Assembly (NCBI GenBank): GCA_037446815.1
Contig: JBBIHX010000019.1
Span: forward strand, 1 to 32,514
Length of the DNA: 32,514 bases
Source of the DNA: Caldilineae bacterium
GTDB lineage: Bacteria > Chloroflexota > Anaerolineae > DTLA01
Direction of reading: 5' to 3'
The translations under genes were made by a program, and so were the position numbers. The notes under the pieces are model-generated. The model ran no database searches and was not told the origin of the DNA. It saw only the letters and a program-made list of their open reading frames with translations. The first letter of the stretch is position 1; every line of letters starts with the position of its first letter. Shown piece after piece: positions 9,217 to 19,141 of the stretch.

Positions 9217-10454
9217 GATGATTGAGCCTCCTCGTGATCTTGACCATCGGCAACGCACCCGCCGAATTCCCCGTCGCTGACCCGCACGCGAATCGCGTCG
9301 CCCGGGTGCACCTGGCGCACGCGGGTTACCAGTTCGCCCGTGGCGTGCAGCGAGACAATGGCATACCCGCGCGCGAGGGTTGCCTCGGGCGAGGCGCTGC
9401 GTAGGCGGTCGGCCAGGGCCTTCAGGTCGTGCTGCCGCTGGGACAGGGTCTGTCGCGCCGCCAGCGCCATACGGTGGGCAAATTCGTCGGCGCGCTGGCG
9501 GGCGCTCGCGATGCGCGCTTCGGGCGAGGCGAGGCGCAGCGCCTTGCGCACGTGGGCCAGGTTGTTGGCCGAATCTTGAACGCGCCGCGCCGTGATTCGG
9601 CTCATCCGTTCGGCCATGCTTTCCAGCGCCGCGAGGAGTTCCACGCGGTCGGGCGTTACGATTTCGGCGGCAGCGGTCGGCGTGGGCGCGCGGCGGTCGG
9701 CCACCAAATCTGCGATGGTGAAGTCGGTCTCGTGCCCCACGCCCGTAACCACGGGAATCCTGGAGCGGGCGATGGCCCTGGCGACGCGCTCGTCGTTGAA
9801 CGCCGCGAGTTCCTCCACCGACCCGCCGCCCCGCGCCACGATGAGCACGTCGCAATCGGTGTGGCGGTTCAGCGCGTCCAGCGCGGCGACGATCTGATCG
9901 GGCGCTTCCTCGCCCTGCACCTGCGTGGGCGCAAGCGTCGCGGCCACGCATGGGAATCGCCGCCGCAGGACATGCAGGATGTCGCGCAGCGCCGCCCCAT
10001 CCGGCGAGGTTACGATGCCAATGTGTCGGGGAAACGGAGGCAAGGGGCGCTTGCGCTCCTCGGCGAACAGCCCTTCGGCCCGCAGGCGCTCTTTCAGCCG
10101 CTCCAGTTGGATGTAGTACTCGCCCAGCCCCGCCGGTTGAATCTCGTCCACGTACAGTTGGTACGCGCCGCCGGCCTCGTACACGCCCACCCTGCCATGG
10201 GCCAGGACGCGGTCGCCGTTCTGGGGCAGCGTTTGCGCTCTGGCAACGGCGGAGCGCCACACGACGCAGGCGAGGACGGCGCCCGCATCCTTGAGTTTGA
10301 AGTACACATGCCCCGATGTAGGGCGCGACAGGTTGGAGACCTCGCCCTCCACCCACACATCCGCGAGCGTGGGGTCGTCCTCCAGAATGCCTTTGATGTG
10401 CGCCGTGAGTTCGCTCACGGTGAACGGTCGCGCGAACAAAGTTAACTGCAACAT
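9213..10454 (-). CDS. xseA: Exodeoxyribonuclease VII large subunit
   Basis: VWVEGEVSN, SGHVYFKLKD, ARGGGSVEEL, GVGHETDFTIAD, APTPTAAAE. Confidence 0.97.
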   Translation of the reverse strand: MLQLTLFARPFTVSELTAHIKGILEDDPTLADVWVEGEVSNLSRPTSGHVYFKLKDAGAVLACVVWRSAVARAQTLPQNGDRVLAHGRVGVYEAGGAYQLYVDEIQPAGLGEYYIQLERLKERLRAEGLFAEERKRPLPPFPRHIGIVTSPDGAALRDILHVLRRRFPCVAATLAPTQVQGEEAPDQIVAALDALNRHTDCDVLIVARGGGSVEELAAFNDERVARAIARSRIPVVTGVGHETDFTIADLVADRRAPTPTAAAEIVTPDRVELLAALESMAERMSRITARRVQDSANNLAHVRKALRLASPEARIASARQRADEFAHRMALAARQTLSQRQHDLKALADRLRSASPEATLARGYAIVSLHATGELVTRVRQVHPGDAIRVRVSDGEFGGCVADGQDHEEAQSS

Positions 10455-10458
10455 GAGT

Positions 10459-11154
10459 TCACTCCCTGTCGCCGTCGGGAAGCCGCGGACGGCAGACGGT
10501 CATGGCCCAGACGGCGCGCGCCCCCGCCTCCACCGCAGCCCGCGCGCAGGCCTCCAGCGTCGCGCCTGTGGTGCACACGTCGTCTATCAGCAAGAGCGAC
10601 CTGTGGGCCAGCGCGGTGGGGTCGCCCTGAAATGCCCCTTGCACGTTCTCCCACCGCTCGGACGGCGATAGCGTAACCTGCGGCAACGTATGGCGGGTGC
10701 GGCGTAGGGCGTTCTTGGCGGCGGGGATGCCGATGGCGCGGCTGAACTCCGTCGCCAGCAGGTGCGACTGATTGTAGCCGCGCTCCTTCTGCCGCTGCGG
10801 GTGCAACGGGACGGCCACAACGACGTCCACGGGCAGGGGGCGGCGCTCCCAATCCCGGAGCAGCAGGCCCGCCAGCGGCCTCGCCAACACCCGCTGCCCG
10901 TTGTACTTGAAATTGTGGATGACCGTGCGCAGGGGCTCGTCAAACCAGGCCACCGACCGTATCCCGCGCAGCGCGCGCACGCCCCACGGGCCGGCCCGCC
11001 AAGCGGCGCGCGCGTCGGCGCCGATGTACGCGATTTGCGACAGGCACTGCGGGCACAGGTGGTATCCCACGCGCCCGCACCCGCCGCACTTGGGCGGGAA
11101 CACCCAGTCCACCAGCGTCTCCAACGCCCTGGCGAAACCCGTGCCGCCGCCCAT
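10459..11154 (-). CDS. comF: ComF family protein (zinc ribbon plus PRTase fold)
   Basis: CGGC...CPQC, VPLH...ERGYNQS, LLIDDVCTTGATL. Confidence 0.93.
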   Translation of the reverse strand: MGGGTGFARALETLVDWVFPPKCGGCGRVGYHLCPQCLSQIAYIGADARAAWRAGPWGVRALRGIRSVAWFDEPLRTVIHNFKYNGQRVLARPLAGLLLRDWERRPLPVDVVVAVPLHPQRQKERGYNQSHLLATEFSRAIGIPAAKNALRRTRHTLPQVTLSPSERWENVQGAFQGDPTALAHRSLLLIDDVCTTGATLEACARAAVEAGARAVWAMTVCRPRLPDGDRE

Positions 11155-11157
11155 GCC

Positions 11158-11511
11158 TCATCCCTCGGACTCGCCCAGCGCGATGATGTCCCCCACGGCG
11201 GTACCTGTGGCGCGGATGACCCCCGGCGGCAACTCCACGATGAAACGGCACCCGCCCACCACGGGGCCCACGCGCCAGGGGGGCATGGCTTCCTCCAGCC
11301 GAAGCACGCGCCCGTCGCAATCCAGGTACAGCACATCTATCGGGAAGCGCATGAAGAAGGTATGGATGCTGTTATCGCCGACCAACACCAGCGCCTCGCC
11401 CGGCGCAAGGCAGGGGCGGAACATCAGCCCCCGCAGGCGCTCATGGAATGTCCGCGCTGCCGTGGCCCGGTCCGCGATGGTCGCTTGCTTGGAGCGATTG
11501 ACGATGATCAA
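11158..11511 (-). CDS. DUF192 family protein
   Basis: ERLRGLMFR, SIHTFFMRFPIDVLYLD, VELPPG; TTG start overlaps the tadC stop. Confidence 0.88.
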   Translation of the reverse strand: MIIVNRSKQATIADRATAARTFHERLRGLMFRPCLAPGEALVLVGDNSIHTFFMRFPIDVLYLDCDGRVLRLEEAMPPWRVGPVVGGCRFIVELPPGVIRATGTAVGDIIALGESEG

Positions 11512-12437
11512 AACAGCGTCCCGAACACGTTGGAGTGGATGAGGATCAGGATGGCAGGCCCGAGGAGCAGGATGTAGATGCTCGGGAAGATGAGCAGGAC
11601 GAGCGGGAACGTCATCTTGAGCGGGGCCTGCTGTGCCTTCTCTTCGGCGCGCTGGCGTCGGCGAATTCGCATCTGCTCGGACTGAATGCGCAGCACTTTG
11701 GCGATGCTCACGCCGAGTTGGTCAGCCTGAATCACGGCGGCGATGAAGTTGTTGACCTCGGGGACGTCCATGCGGGCGGCCATGTTGCGCAGGGCCTCGC
11801 GGCGGCTCTGGCCCATGCGCATCTCGGCTATAGCGCGGCCAAACGCGCGGCTCAGTTCGTTATCCCACTTCTCGTTGACCTTGGCCATGGCGGCGTCAAA
11901 CCCCAGGCCCGCCTCCACGCTGATGGTGAGCAGGTCCAGGGCGTCGGGCAAGGCGCGGATAATCTCGGTCTTGCGCGAGCGGATCTTGCCGCCCAGCCAG
12001 ATGACCGGCAGTTGGAACCCCAGGAGCGCAAAGACGATGGTGAGCAAAAACCGCTGCGCGACGGGCGCTCCGAGGGCATTCAGGAACAGGACGGCCACGC
12101 CGCCCAGCATCACGCCCGCCAGCCCCCGCACGCCGAGGAAGTCGGTGGCGCTCCAGTTGTTCGGGTTGCCCGCCGCCTCCAGTTTCAGGCGCGTGGACTC
12201 CACATACTGCTTGGGCAGGAACCGCGTAACGAACCGCGCGCTTGTGGCGATAAGCGGCTTGACGACGCGCTCCGAAAACGGCTGCGAAAGTTCCAGTTCC
12301 TCCAGGGTAACCGGCCGCGCCCCGTATTCGGCCAGCCGCTGCTCCAGCGGCGTAGGCTGCTTCGTGCCCGCCAGCGCGATGAAGATGAGCAGGATGGACA
12401 AGCCCACCAGCCCAGATACCACCAATGGAACGAGCAT
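11508..12437 (-). CDS. tadC: Tad pilus platform protein TadC (T2SSF domain)
   Basis: LPDALDLLTISVEAGLGFD, AEEKAQQAPLKMTFPLV. Confidence 0.92.
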   Translation of the reverse strand: MLVPLVVSGLVGLSILLIFIALAGTKQPTPLEQRLAEYGARPVTLEELELSQPFSERVVKPLIATSARFVTRFLPKQYVESTRLKLEAAGNPNNWSATDFLGVRGLAGVMLGGVAVLFLNALGAPVAQRFLLTIVFALLGFQLPVIWLGGKIRSRKTEIIRALPDALDLLTISVEAGLGFDAAMAKVNEKWDNELSRAFGRAIAEMRMGQSRREALRNMAARMDVPEVNNFIAAVIQADQLGVSIAKVLRIQSEQMRIRRRQRAEEKAQQAPLKMTFPLVLLIFPSIYILLLGPAILILIHSNVFGTLF

Positions 12438-12450
12438 GCTTCCCCTCCTA

Positions 12451-13404
12451 CTACACCTCGATCTTTATGATGCGCCGAATGATGGCGAACCCCGAGCCGA
12501 TGAGGATGAAGATCATGGCGACCATGGCCCAGCCGCAGGGTTCACGGAACAGGGACAGGATGTAGTCGGCGTTGATGAGGTACAGGATGAGGCCAACGGC
12601 GAAGGGCAACAGGCCCACGATGATGCCCGTGCCCGTTTGCTGCGCGGTGAGCACGCGGATTTCGCCCTGGATCCGAATCCGCTCGCGGATGGTGAACCCG
12701 ATGGTCTCCAGGATTTCGGCCAGGTTGCCGCCCACCTCGTGCTGCACGTTGATGGCGGTGATCATCAGGTCCAGGTCCGGGCTGGGCACGCGGCGCAGCA
12801 TGTTGTTCATCGCCTGCTCGTAGGACAGGCCCAACCCAATCTCGCGCACCACGCGCTCAAACTCCGTGGAGACCGGAGGCGCCAGTTCCTTCGCCACGGT
12901 CTCCATGGACTGCAAGAGGCTGTAGCCGGAGCGCAGCGAGTTGGCCAGCAGCGAGATGGTATCGCCCAGTTGGTTGTTGAAATCCCTGAGGCGCTTGCTC
13001 TGCCGGCGGCGAATCCAGATGCGCGGCAGGAAGTAGCCGCCCACGCCCGCCAGCACGGCCAGGAACACATCCCGTTTCAGCACCAGGAGGAACAGAAACC
13101 CCAACAGCGTCGTGGCGATGTTGAGCAGCACGAACTCCGAGACGGTGAGTTTCAGGTCGGCGCGGGCGAGTTGGGTCGCCAGGTTCGCCGCGAATCTCTG
13201 GCGGCCGATCATCTGGTTGAGGCTGGACGTGATTTGCACGCCCTGCCCGCCGGAAGGCGACGCAAGCCCTTCGTCGCGGCCCGCGTATTGTTCCAGACGC
13301 GAGGACACGCGCGGGTCGCGCCCCGAAAGCATATTCGCCAACCCCAAGAAGATGAACACTACTCCCAAACCCACTAATATCGCCGCAATCAGGGATGCAG
13401 GCAT
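12451..13404 (-). CDS. tadB: Tad pilus platform protein TadB
   Basis: LANSLRSGYSL, QHEVGGNLAEIL, ERIRIQGEIRVLTAQ. Confidence 0.92.
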   Translation of the reverse strand: MPASLIAAILVGLGVVFIFLGLANMLSGRDPRVSSRLEQYAGRDEGLASPSGGQGVQITSSLNQMIGRQRFAANLATQLARADLKLTVSEFVLLNIATTLLGFLFLLVLKRDVFLAVLAGVGGYFLPRIWIRRRQSKRLRDFNNQLGDTISLLANSLRSGYSLLQSMETVAKELAPPVSTEFERVVREIGLGLSYEQAMNNMLRRVPSPDLDLMITAINVQHEVGGNLAEILETIGFTIRERIRIQGEIRVLTAQQTGTGIIVGLLPFAVGLILYLINADYILSLFREPCGWAMVAMIFILIGSGFAIIRRIIKIEV

Positions 13405-13453
13405 AGCCTACTCCACACTCCCTAGGTGAGCCAACCCATCCACGCGGGCGGCC

Positions 13454-14821
13454 TCACGATATCTTCTTCACGACGCCAAAGGTGTCCGATGCAACGCGGA
13501 TGTTGGCGGCCTCCAACTTCTCCATGAACTTCGGGCGGATGCCCGTCGGGCGGAGCCGCCCAATGACCTTGCCATCTTCCACGCCCACCTGCTGGAATCG
13601 GAAGATGTCCTGCATGACGATAGTGTCGCCCTCCATGCCGATGACTTCGGCGATGCTGACGACGCGCCGCACGCCGTCGCGCATGCGCTCCTGGTGCACG
13701 ATGAGGTCAATGGCCGAGGCAATTTGCTCGCGGATGGCGCGGTGGGGCAGGTCCATGCCGGCCATGAGCACCATGGTTTCCAAGCGCGACAGGGCGTCGC
13801 GCGGGCTGTTGGCGTGCAGGGTCGTCATGGAACCATCGTGGCCGGTGTTCATGGCCTGGAGCATGTCCAGGGCTTCGGCCCCGCGCACCTCGCCCACGAT
13901 GATGCGGTCGGGGCGCATACGCAGCGAGTTGATCACTAGGTCGCGGATGGTAACCTCACCTTTGCCCTCAATGTTGGGCGGGCGCGACTCCAGCGTAACC
14001 ACATGCTCCTGCCGCAACTGCAATTCGGCCGCGTTTTCAATGGTGATGATGCGCTCGTCGTTCGGGATGTAGGCCGACAGGACGTTGAGCGTTGTCGTCT
14101 TGCCCGAGCCGGTGCCGCCGGAGATGAGGATATTGAGACGGCCCAGCACGCACGCCTTGAGAAAATCCAGCGACTCTTGGGTCAGCGTGCCGTACTCCAC
14201 CAGATTCTCGGCGGTGATGGGGATTTTGGCGAATTTTCGGATGGTGAGCACCGGGCCGTTGAGCGCCAGGGGCGGGATGATGACGTTGACGCGAGAGCCG
14301 TCGGGTAGGCGAGCGTCCACATAGGGCGAGGCCTCGTCCACGCGGCGGCCCAGCGGCGCCACGATGCGGTCAATGATGCGCAACAAGTGCTCGTCGTCTT
14401 CAAATCGCACGGCGGTCTTCTCAATGCGGCCTCGGCGCTCAATGTACACGGCGTTGGGGCCGTTGACCATGATTTCGTTGACGGACGCGTCGGCCAGGAA
14501 CGGCTCAATGGGGCCGTAGCCGATGATGTCGGCCACGATCTGCTCAAACATCCGATGGCGCTCGGTGCGGCTGAGGATGATGTTCTCCTGCGCCAGGATG
14601 GCGTTGAACAGTTCCTCAATGAGACGGCGCACATCTTCGCGCTTGGTAATGTCCGCCTTCTCGTCCATCTCGGAGACGAGGCGCTCCTGGATGCGCGCTT
14701 TGAGGTCGCGGTAGGTCTCTTCGGTCTGCGTCATCACCCCGGGCTGGCGCGCTCGGAGTTCCTCTAGCCGCGATGCCTTTTCCTCGGGTTGGGTTCCTTC
14801 AATTCGTTTCAGTAGCGACAT
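13454..14821 (-). CDS. cpaF: Tad pilus assembly ATPase CpaF/TadA
   Basis: [33 protein letters not shown]; start reassigned to MSLLKRI at 14821. Confidence 0.95.
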   Translation of the reverse strand: MSLLKRIEGTQPEEKASRLEELRARQPGVMTQTEETYRDLKARIQERLVSEMDEKADITKREDVRRLIEELFNAILAQENIILSRTERHRMFEQIVADIIGYGPIEPFLADASVNEIMVNGPNAVYIERRGRIEKTAVRFEDDEHLLRIIDRIVAPLGRRVDEASPYVDARLPDGSRVNVIIPPLALNGPVLTIRKFAKIPITAENLVEYGTLTQESLDFLKACVLGRLNILISGGTGSGKTTTLNVLSAYIPNDERIITIENAAELQLRQEHVVTLESRPPNIEGKGEVTIRDLVINSLRMRPDRIIVGEVRGAEALDMLQAMNTGHDGSMTTLHANSPRDALSRLETMVLMAGMDLPHRAIREQIASAIDLIVHQERMRDGVRRVVSIAEVIGMEGDTIVMQDIFRFQQVGVEDGKVIGRLRPTGIRPKFMEKLEAANIRVASDTFGVVKKIS

Positions 14822-14855
14822 GGTAGCACCTGCCTCTTGCAAGGGTTGGCGTGCG

Positions 14856-16151
14856 TCAGATAGCGCGCCCGAACAGGCCACGCCGCGCTTTGGGCGCAGC
14901 CGTCGGTTCGGGCGTCGCGGCCTCATCGCCGGCCTTGGGCATGAGTTCGGCCATGAGCAAATTTGCCAGGTCTGCGATAGCCTGGGCCACCGGACTCTTG
15001 CGATTGCCAAAGACGATGGGCACGCCCTCGTTGGCCGCCTGGATAGCGCTCCGCTCGTCCAGCGGAATCTTGGCGGCGACCGGGTGCTTGATGCTGGCTT
15101 CAATGTCGCGGGCGCTGATGGCCCCGCGGCGGTCGGCCATGTTGACGATGAGAATGGCGCGCTCTTCGGGATACTGAAGCGCGTCGGTAACCTCAAAGAA
15201 CAGTTTGGCGTTCTTGATGGACGGGATGTCGGGCGTCGTGATGAGCAAGATGCGGTCGGAGATGTCCAGGATGCCCAGTACCAGGTCGTGCAACGAGGGC
15301 CACGTGTCCACGATGACGAAGTCAAAGAGCGTGAGAAGTTGCTGGACGATGGCCTTCAGATGCTCGGGCGCGACAAGGTCGGCCAGTTCCGGTCGGCTGG
15401 GCGCGAGGAGCACTTTGATGCCCGACGAATGCGGCGTGAGGACTCCGGCCAGCATGTCGGCGTCCAGGTCCTTGATTTGCGGGATGAGGTCAGCGATGCT
15501 GCGCGCAGCCTGGAGGTTCAACAGCACGCCCACGTCGCCAAATTGCAGGCTGGCGTCCACCAGCGCCACCTTGTAGTCGCCCAGGCCCTGCAGGGCGATG
15601 GCAAGGTTGACGGCGATGGTGCTGCGGCCCGTGCCTCCCTTGGGGCTGAAGACGGTGATGAGTTTGCCCTTGGGTTTGGCGGGCTTGGCGGCAACGCCCG
15701 TTACGCCCTCCATGGGAACGCCGGCCTGCTCCAGCGTTACCCGGCGGCTGAGGCCCAACTCGTACACGCGCCGAATGCTGTTCACCAGGTCGTCGGCGGT
15801 GAAGGGCTTGGTGAGGAACTCCCGCGCGCCCGCGAGCATGGAACGCCGCAGGTAGTCGGCATCGGCCTGCACCGACATCATGATGACCTGGGCATACGGG
15901 AACTTCTGGGTGATGGCCTCGGTCGCGGTGATGCCGTCCATCCCGGGCATGTTGATGTCCATCAGCACGATGTCGGGCCGCGTTTCTTTGGTTTGGCGCA
16001 CCGCGTCCTCACCGCTGGCCGCCGTGCCCACGACCTCCAAGTCGCTCTCAAAGTACAGCAACTTGCGGAGGCTTTCGCGGGTCTCCGGGATGTCATCCAC
16101 GATGAGTACGCGGATTTTGCGTTGGGTGCTTCCTGCGTCGCTCATTCCCAT
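14856..16151 (-). CDS. cpaE: CpaE/TadZ: receiver domain plus MinD-like ATPase
   Basis: VLIVDD...VLMDINMPGMDG...FLTKPF receiver; SPKGGTGRST deviant Walker A; DASLQFGDV. Confidence 0.9.
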   Translation of the reverse strand: MGMSDAGSTQRKIRVLIVDDIPETRESLRKLLYFESDLEVVGTAASGEDAVRQTKETRPDIVLMDINMPGMDGITATEAITQKFPYAQVIMMSVQADADYLRRSMLAGAREFLTKPFTADDLVNSIRRVYELGLSRRVTLEQAGVPMEGVTGVAAKPAKPKGKLITVFSPKGGTGRSTIAVNLAIALQGLGDYKVALVDASLQFGDVGVLLNLQAARSIADLIPQIKDLDADMLAGVLTPHSSGIKVLLAPSRPELADLVAPEHLKAIVQQLLTLFDFVIVDTWPSLHDLVLGILDISDRILLITTPDIPSIKNAKLFFEVTDALQYPEERAILIVNMADRRGAISARDIEASIKHPVAAKIPLDERSAIQAANEGVPIVFGNRKSPVAQAIADLANLLMAELMPKAGDEAATPEPTAAPKARRGLFGRAI

Positions 16152-16177
16152 TCCTTCAGCCGCAATCTCACAAACGC

Positions 16178-17074
16178 CTACCGCGTGCTGGGTTGCAGTG
16201 TCTCAAGCGACTCGTCTCTGGTGATAGGTACCGTGATGTCAAACCGCGCCAGCATGTAGTCCAGCGTAACGGACTGGGTGGTTACCGTCTCCTGATCGGC
16301 CGGGTTGCGCAGGGCCAGTTCAATGGTGGCGCCGGCCTCCTTGGCGAACTGGAGCACGAGCGCATCCTGCTGGGGCATGAGGAGCGTAACCACGGCAGGG
16401 GGCTGCGGGACCGTCTGTGCCTGCTGTTGCTGGCCACCCTGCTGGGTCGTGGGCTGCGCTGGCGGCACGTACCAGGAACCCACGCGCAGAACCTCTATGT
16501 TCTGCAGCGTCAGTTGCGAAACCAGGCGTGGGATTTGAACGCCCTGGATGTCGCCTGGCTGGTTGCGGTCTAGTGGAAAAGCCACCTGGGTCTCTCGGTC
16601 CACCTGCAGGAAACGGAACGTGATGAGCACGTCCACACGGTCGCCGGTCTTGAGCGCATAGGAGACGCCGCTGAACTCGTCAATGGGGAAGGGATAGGCG
16701 ACCATGCCCATGGGGACGAGGATGGACGCAGGGCCCTCGCCGCCGGCCAGTTCCTCGCGGGTCGCGATCATCTTCGTCTGAATGATCTGCCCCGAGAAGA
16801 TGGGCGTCTTGGCGTATTTGCCCGCCAGGTCCGCCGTGCTGCCGACGGCATCGGCAGGCGCCGTGTCCACAGGCCAGTCGCGCATCTCCACGGTCAGCGG
16901 ATCAATGAGCGTGCCGTAGGGGATGTCCTGGACGGCCACGGCAACCTTGCGCGTAACTACCGGCGGCTGTTCGGCCGGCTGTTGCGGCTTCTGCAACATG
17001 GTGTATGTGATGAGCATGGCGACGATGGCCAGCAGGATACCCAAGATGAGTAGAAGCCTAGATCTGCGTCGCAT
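16178..17074 (-). CDS. cpaB: Flp pilus assembly protein CpaB/RcpC
   Basis: N-terminal TM, SAF-like VAVQDIPYGT, GDRVDVL, TLQNIEVL, LALRNPAD; SD AGGAGG. Confidence 0.9.
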   Translation of the reverse strand: MRRRSRLLLILGILLAIVAMLITYTMLQKPQQPAEQPPVVTRKVAVAVQDIPYGTLIDPLTVEMRDWPVDTAPADAVGSTADLAGKYAKTPIFSGQIIQTKMIATREELAGGEGPASILVPMGMVAYPFPIDEFSGVSYALKTGDRVDVLITFRFLQVDRETQVAFPLDRNQPGDIQGVQIPRLVSQLTLQNIEVLRVGSWYVPPAQPTTQQGGQQQQAQTVPQPPAVVTLLMPQQDALVLQFAKEAGATIELALRNPADQETVTTQSVTLDYMLARFDITVPITRDESLETLQPSTR

Positions 17075-17127
17075 GAGACCCTCCTAACGTTTAGCGTGTC
17101 CAGGGCGGCCACACGAGAATCTATCGT

Positions 17128-17156
17128 ATTGTACCCTGGGTTCTGCAAAATTGCAA
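17128..17156 (-). promoter_or_regulatory. Putative sigma70 promoter for cpaB...xseB
   Basis: TTGCAA (17156-17151), 17 bp, TACAAT (17133-17128). Confidence 0.65.
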
Positions 17157-17167
17157 CCCTCTGACGC

Positions 17168-17197
17168 GCGCTGGCGGGCGAACTTGCCCGCCAGCGT
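17168..17197 (-). terminator. GC-rich hairpin after tadG
   Basis: cgctggcgggc-gaactt-gcccgccagcg; no clear U-tract. Confidence 0.45.
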
Positions 17198-17233
17198 GTT
17201 GTGTTTGTTGTACGAACGCTGCTCGTGCCGAGA

Positions 17234-19102
17234 TCATTTGGGCGGCACGTAGACCTTGTCGGATTCCGGGCCTGCGCCGCAGGCGTTGACGGCCTTGACG
17301 TAGTACCAGCGGCCCGATGTCGTCTTGTAGGAATAGGATGTGTTGCTCGTGCTGGTCAGGAACCCGTAGGTTCCATTCTGGGACGTGGCCCAGTAGATGT
17401 AGTACTGCGTGACCGGCGGCCCGCTGGGTGCGTTCCAGGACAGGTACACGTTCTGGCCGCTGCGGCTTCCGGTGAGCGACGTGGGCGCGTTGGGCGTGAG
17501 GCACGGCGTAGCCGTCGGCGTAGGCGTCGGCGTCGGGCCTACAGGCGTGGGCGTGGCCGTCGGCTCGGGCGTGGGCGTGTTCGTGGGGCCTGGCGTCGGC
17601 GCCGGGCAGAACCACGGATACCAGTAGTAGTCCAGGCTGGCCCCTTGGCTCATGATCGGGTTGCCCGTTTGCGCGTCCAGTAGCATCCCGCCGATGTGAT
17701 TCTCCACCACCTCATCGTCGGGCCGAATGCCCGGCCACCAGACCTGCACGCAGAAGCGCGAGCCATTCTGCACCAGGCCGTAGTCAATGTACTGCGTTTC
17801 CTGGTAGGGCACGTCGTCGGGATGTACAACGTACCAGGCGATTTGCAGCCGCGCGGTTTGGCCAGGCGGGAGTTGTACCGTCCCGCAGACGGTTTGCCAC
17901 TGCGGCTCGTAGTCGCAGATAGCCGTGTCGCCGTCGTCAAAGATGACATCGGGCGTCGTTGCGGGCGTGCTTGTGGGTTCCGGCGTGCTCGTGGGCGCCG
18001 GGCTATACCCAGCAGGCGTTACCGTGGGCTTGTCGCGCTCGGTCAAGCGCATGACTACGACGCCCTTGTCCCACGGGCTGGGGTTCGTCCACGTCCCATC
18101 TACGACGTACGACACGAACTCGCCGTCCAGTTGGTGCTGGCCCACATTGCTGACCTTGAAGGCCGCGAAGGTGATGATGTGGTAGTAGTATTGTCCCTTC
18201 AAACCGGTCTGATCCGTGTAGGCGCAGACCACGTTCGGATAGTCGCCCTTGCAGGCGTTGGCGCAGTAGTCCGGGTCGTAGCGCGGCGAGTCCTTGTTGC
18301 ACTCTTCGTCGGTGGTGAACTGGTAGATCTTGTCAAAGACAGGCAGGAGCAGAATCTGCCCAACGCTCGCCTCGTGCAGCACCGATTCCTTCATGCCCGG
18401 ATCGGCCATGTAGTTCTGGTTGCGCGTAGCATACCCCTGATAGCCGTTCCGCATCCAATACTTCAGGGAGTTGGCATCCGGCGAGCACTTGGACGGGAAC
18501 GCGCAGTCCCAACCCATCCACCCCCAGCGCGCGGTGGCGTGCTTGTAGTTGCCGGCAAACAGGCTGTACTCGTCGCCCACCTGGAAGTCGGAATACAGGA
18601 TGGCAAGGGGAGCCATGCCGCGCACGGACCACGCCGCGCCAAAACTGGCCTCGGCCTCGGCGCACATGCTCATCTGGCCCAGGCCGATGAAGCGCGAGAA
18701 GAACGTGGGGTAGTTGGTGCACGCCTGCACGTAGATGCCCGAGGCGCGGTCAGGATCGGGGACCGGCGAACCATCGCCCGCGCCGATGGCAAACGTGGTT
18801 TGGTCGGGCCGGATGTACAATGCCTGGACCGTTTGGGCCTCGTTGCGTTGCGCCCAGTCCAGGATAATGCTGTACAACTGGCCGCTGGAGATGCGCTCCT
18901 CCGATGAGGCCCCCTGGGCGATGGTGAGTTCGCGCGCCCCGGCCAGCGCCGCAGCGTCCGCGGCGTTCTGCATCTGTCGCCGCTGGACGTAGGCGTAACT
19001 CAGGTCCACGGCGAACATGGCGAACAGCAGCAGCACCACCATCGCGAACGCGACGATTACCAGCGACTGTCCCTTCTCTTTCTGCAAAGTTGCTCCTTTC
19101 AC
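17234..19102 (-). CDS. tadG: TadG-like pilus tip/adhesin with PT-rich linkers and a C-terminal FN3 domain
   Basis: EKGQSLV prepilin motif, VDLSYAYVQRRQMQNAADAAALAGA Tad signature, FN3 (PTSL...LSWNAP...YYIY...YYVKAVN). Start is GTG 19102 or TTG 19087. Confidence 0.85.
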   Translation of the reverse strand: MKGATLQKEKGQSLVIVAFAMVVLLLFAMFAVDLSYAYVQRRQMQNAADAAALAGARELTIAQGASSEERISSGQLYSIILDWAQRNEAQTVQALYIRPDQTTFAIGAGDGSPVPDPDRASGIYVQACTNYPTFFSRFIGLGQMSMCAEAEASFGAAWSVRGMAPLAILYSDFQVGDEYSLFAGNYKHATARWGWMGWDCAFPSKCSPDANSLKYWMRNGYQGYATRNQNYMADPGMKESVLHEASVGQILLLPVFDKIYQFTTDEECNKDSPRYDPDYCANACKGDYPNVVCAYTDQTGLKGQYYYHIITFAAFKVSNVGQHQLDGEFVSYVVDGTWTNPSPWDKGVVVMRLTERDKPTVTPAGYSPAPTSTPEPTSTPATTPDVIFDDGDTAICDYEPQWQTVCGTVQLPPGQTARLQIAWYVVHPDDVPYQETQYIDYGLVQNGSRFCVQVWWPGIRPDDEVVENHIGGMLLDAQTGNPIMSQGASLDYYWYPWFCPAPTPGPTNTPTPEPTATPTPVGPTPTPTPTATPCLTPNAPTSLTGSRSGQNVYLSWNAPSGPPVTQYYIYWATSQNGTYGFLTSTSNTSYSYKTTSGRWYYVKAVNACGAGPESDKVYVPPK

Positions 19103-19141
19103 GTCTCCACCTCCCAAAGTCTTTCGGGGGGAGTGGCTACC

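Noticed and set aside
9217..10356. N-terminal extension of XseB (462-aa ORF)
   Set aside because: It overlaps xseA; only the last 82 aa are XseB.
14822..15325. N-terminal extension of CpaF in the ORF track
   Set aside because: It overlaps cpaE in another frame with non-protein-like composition; the likely start is 14821.
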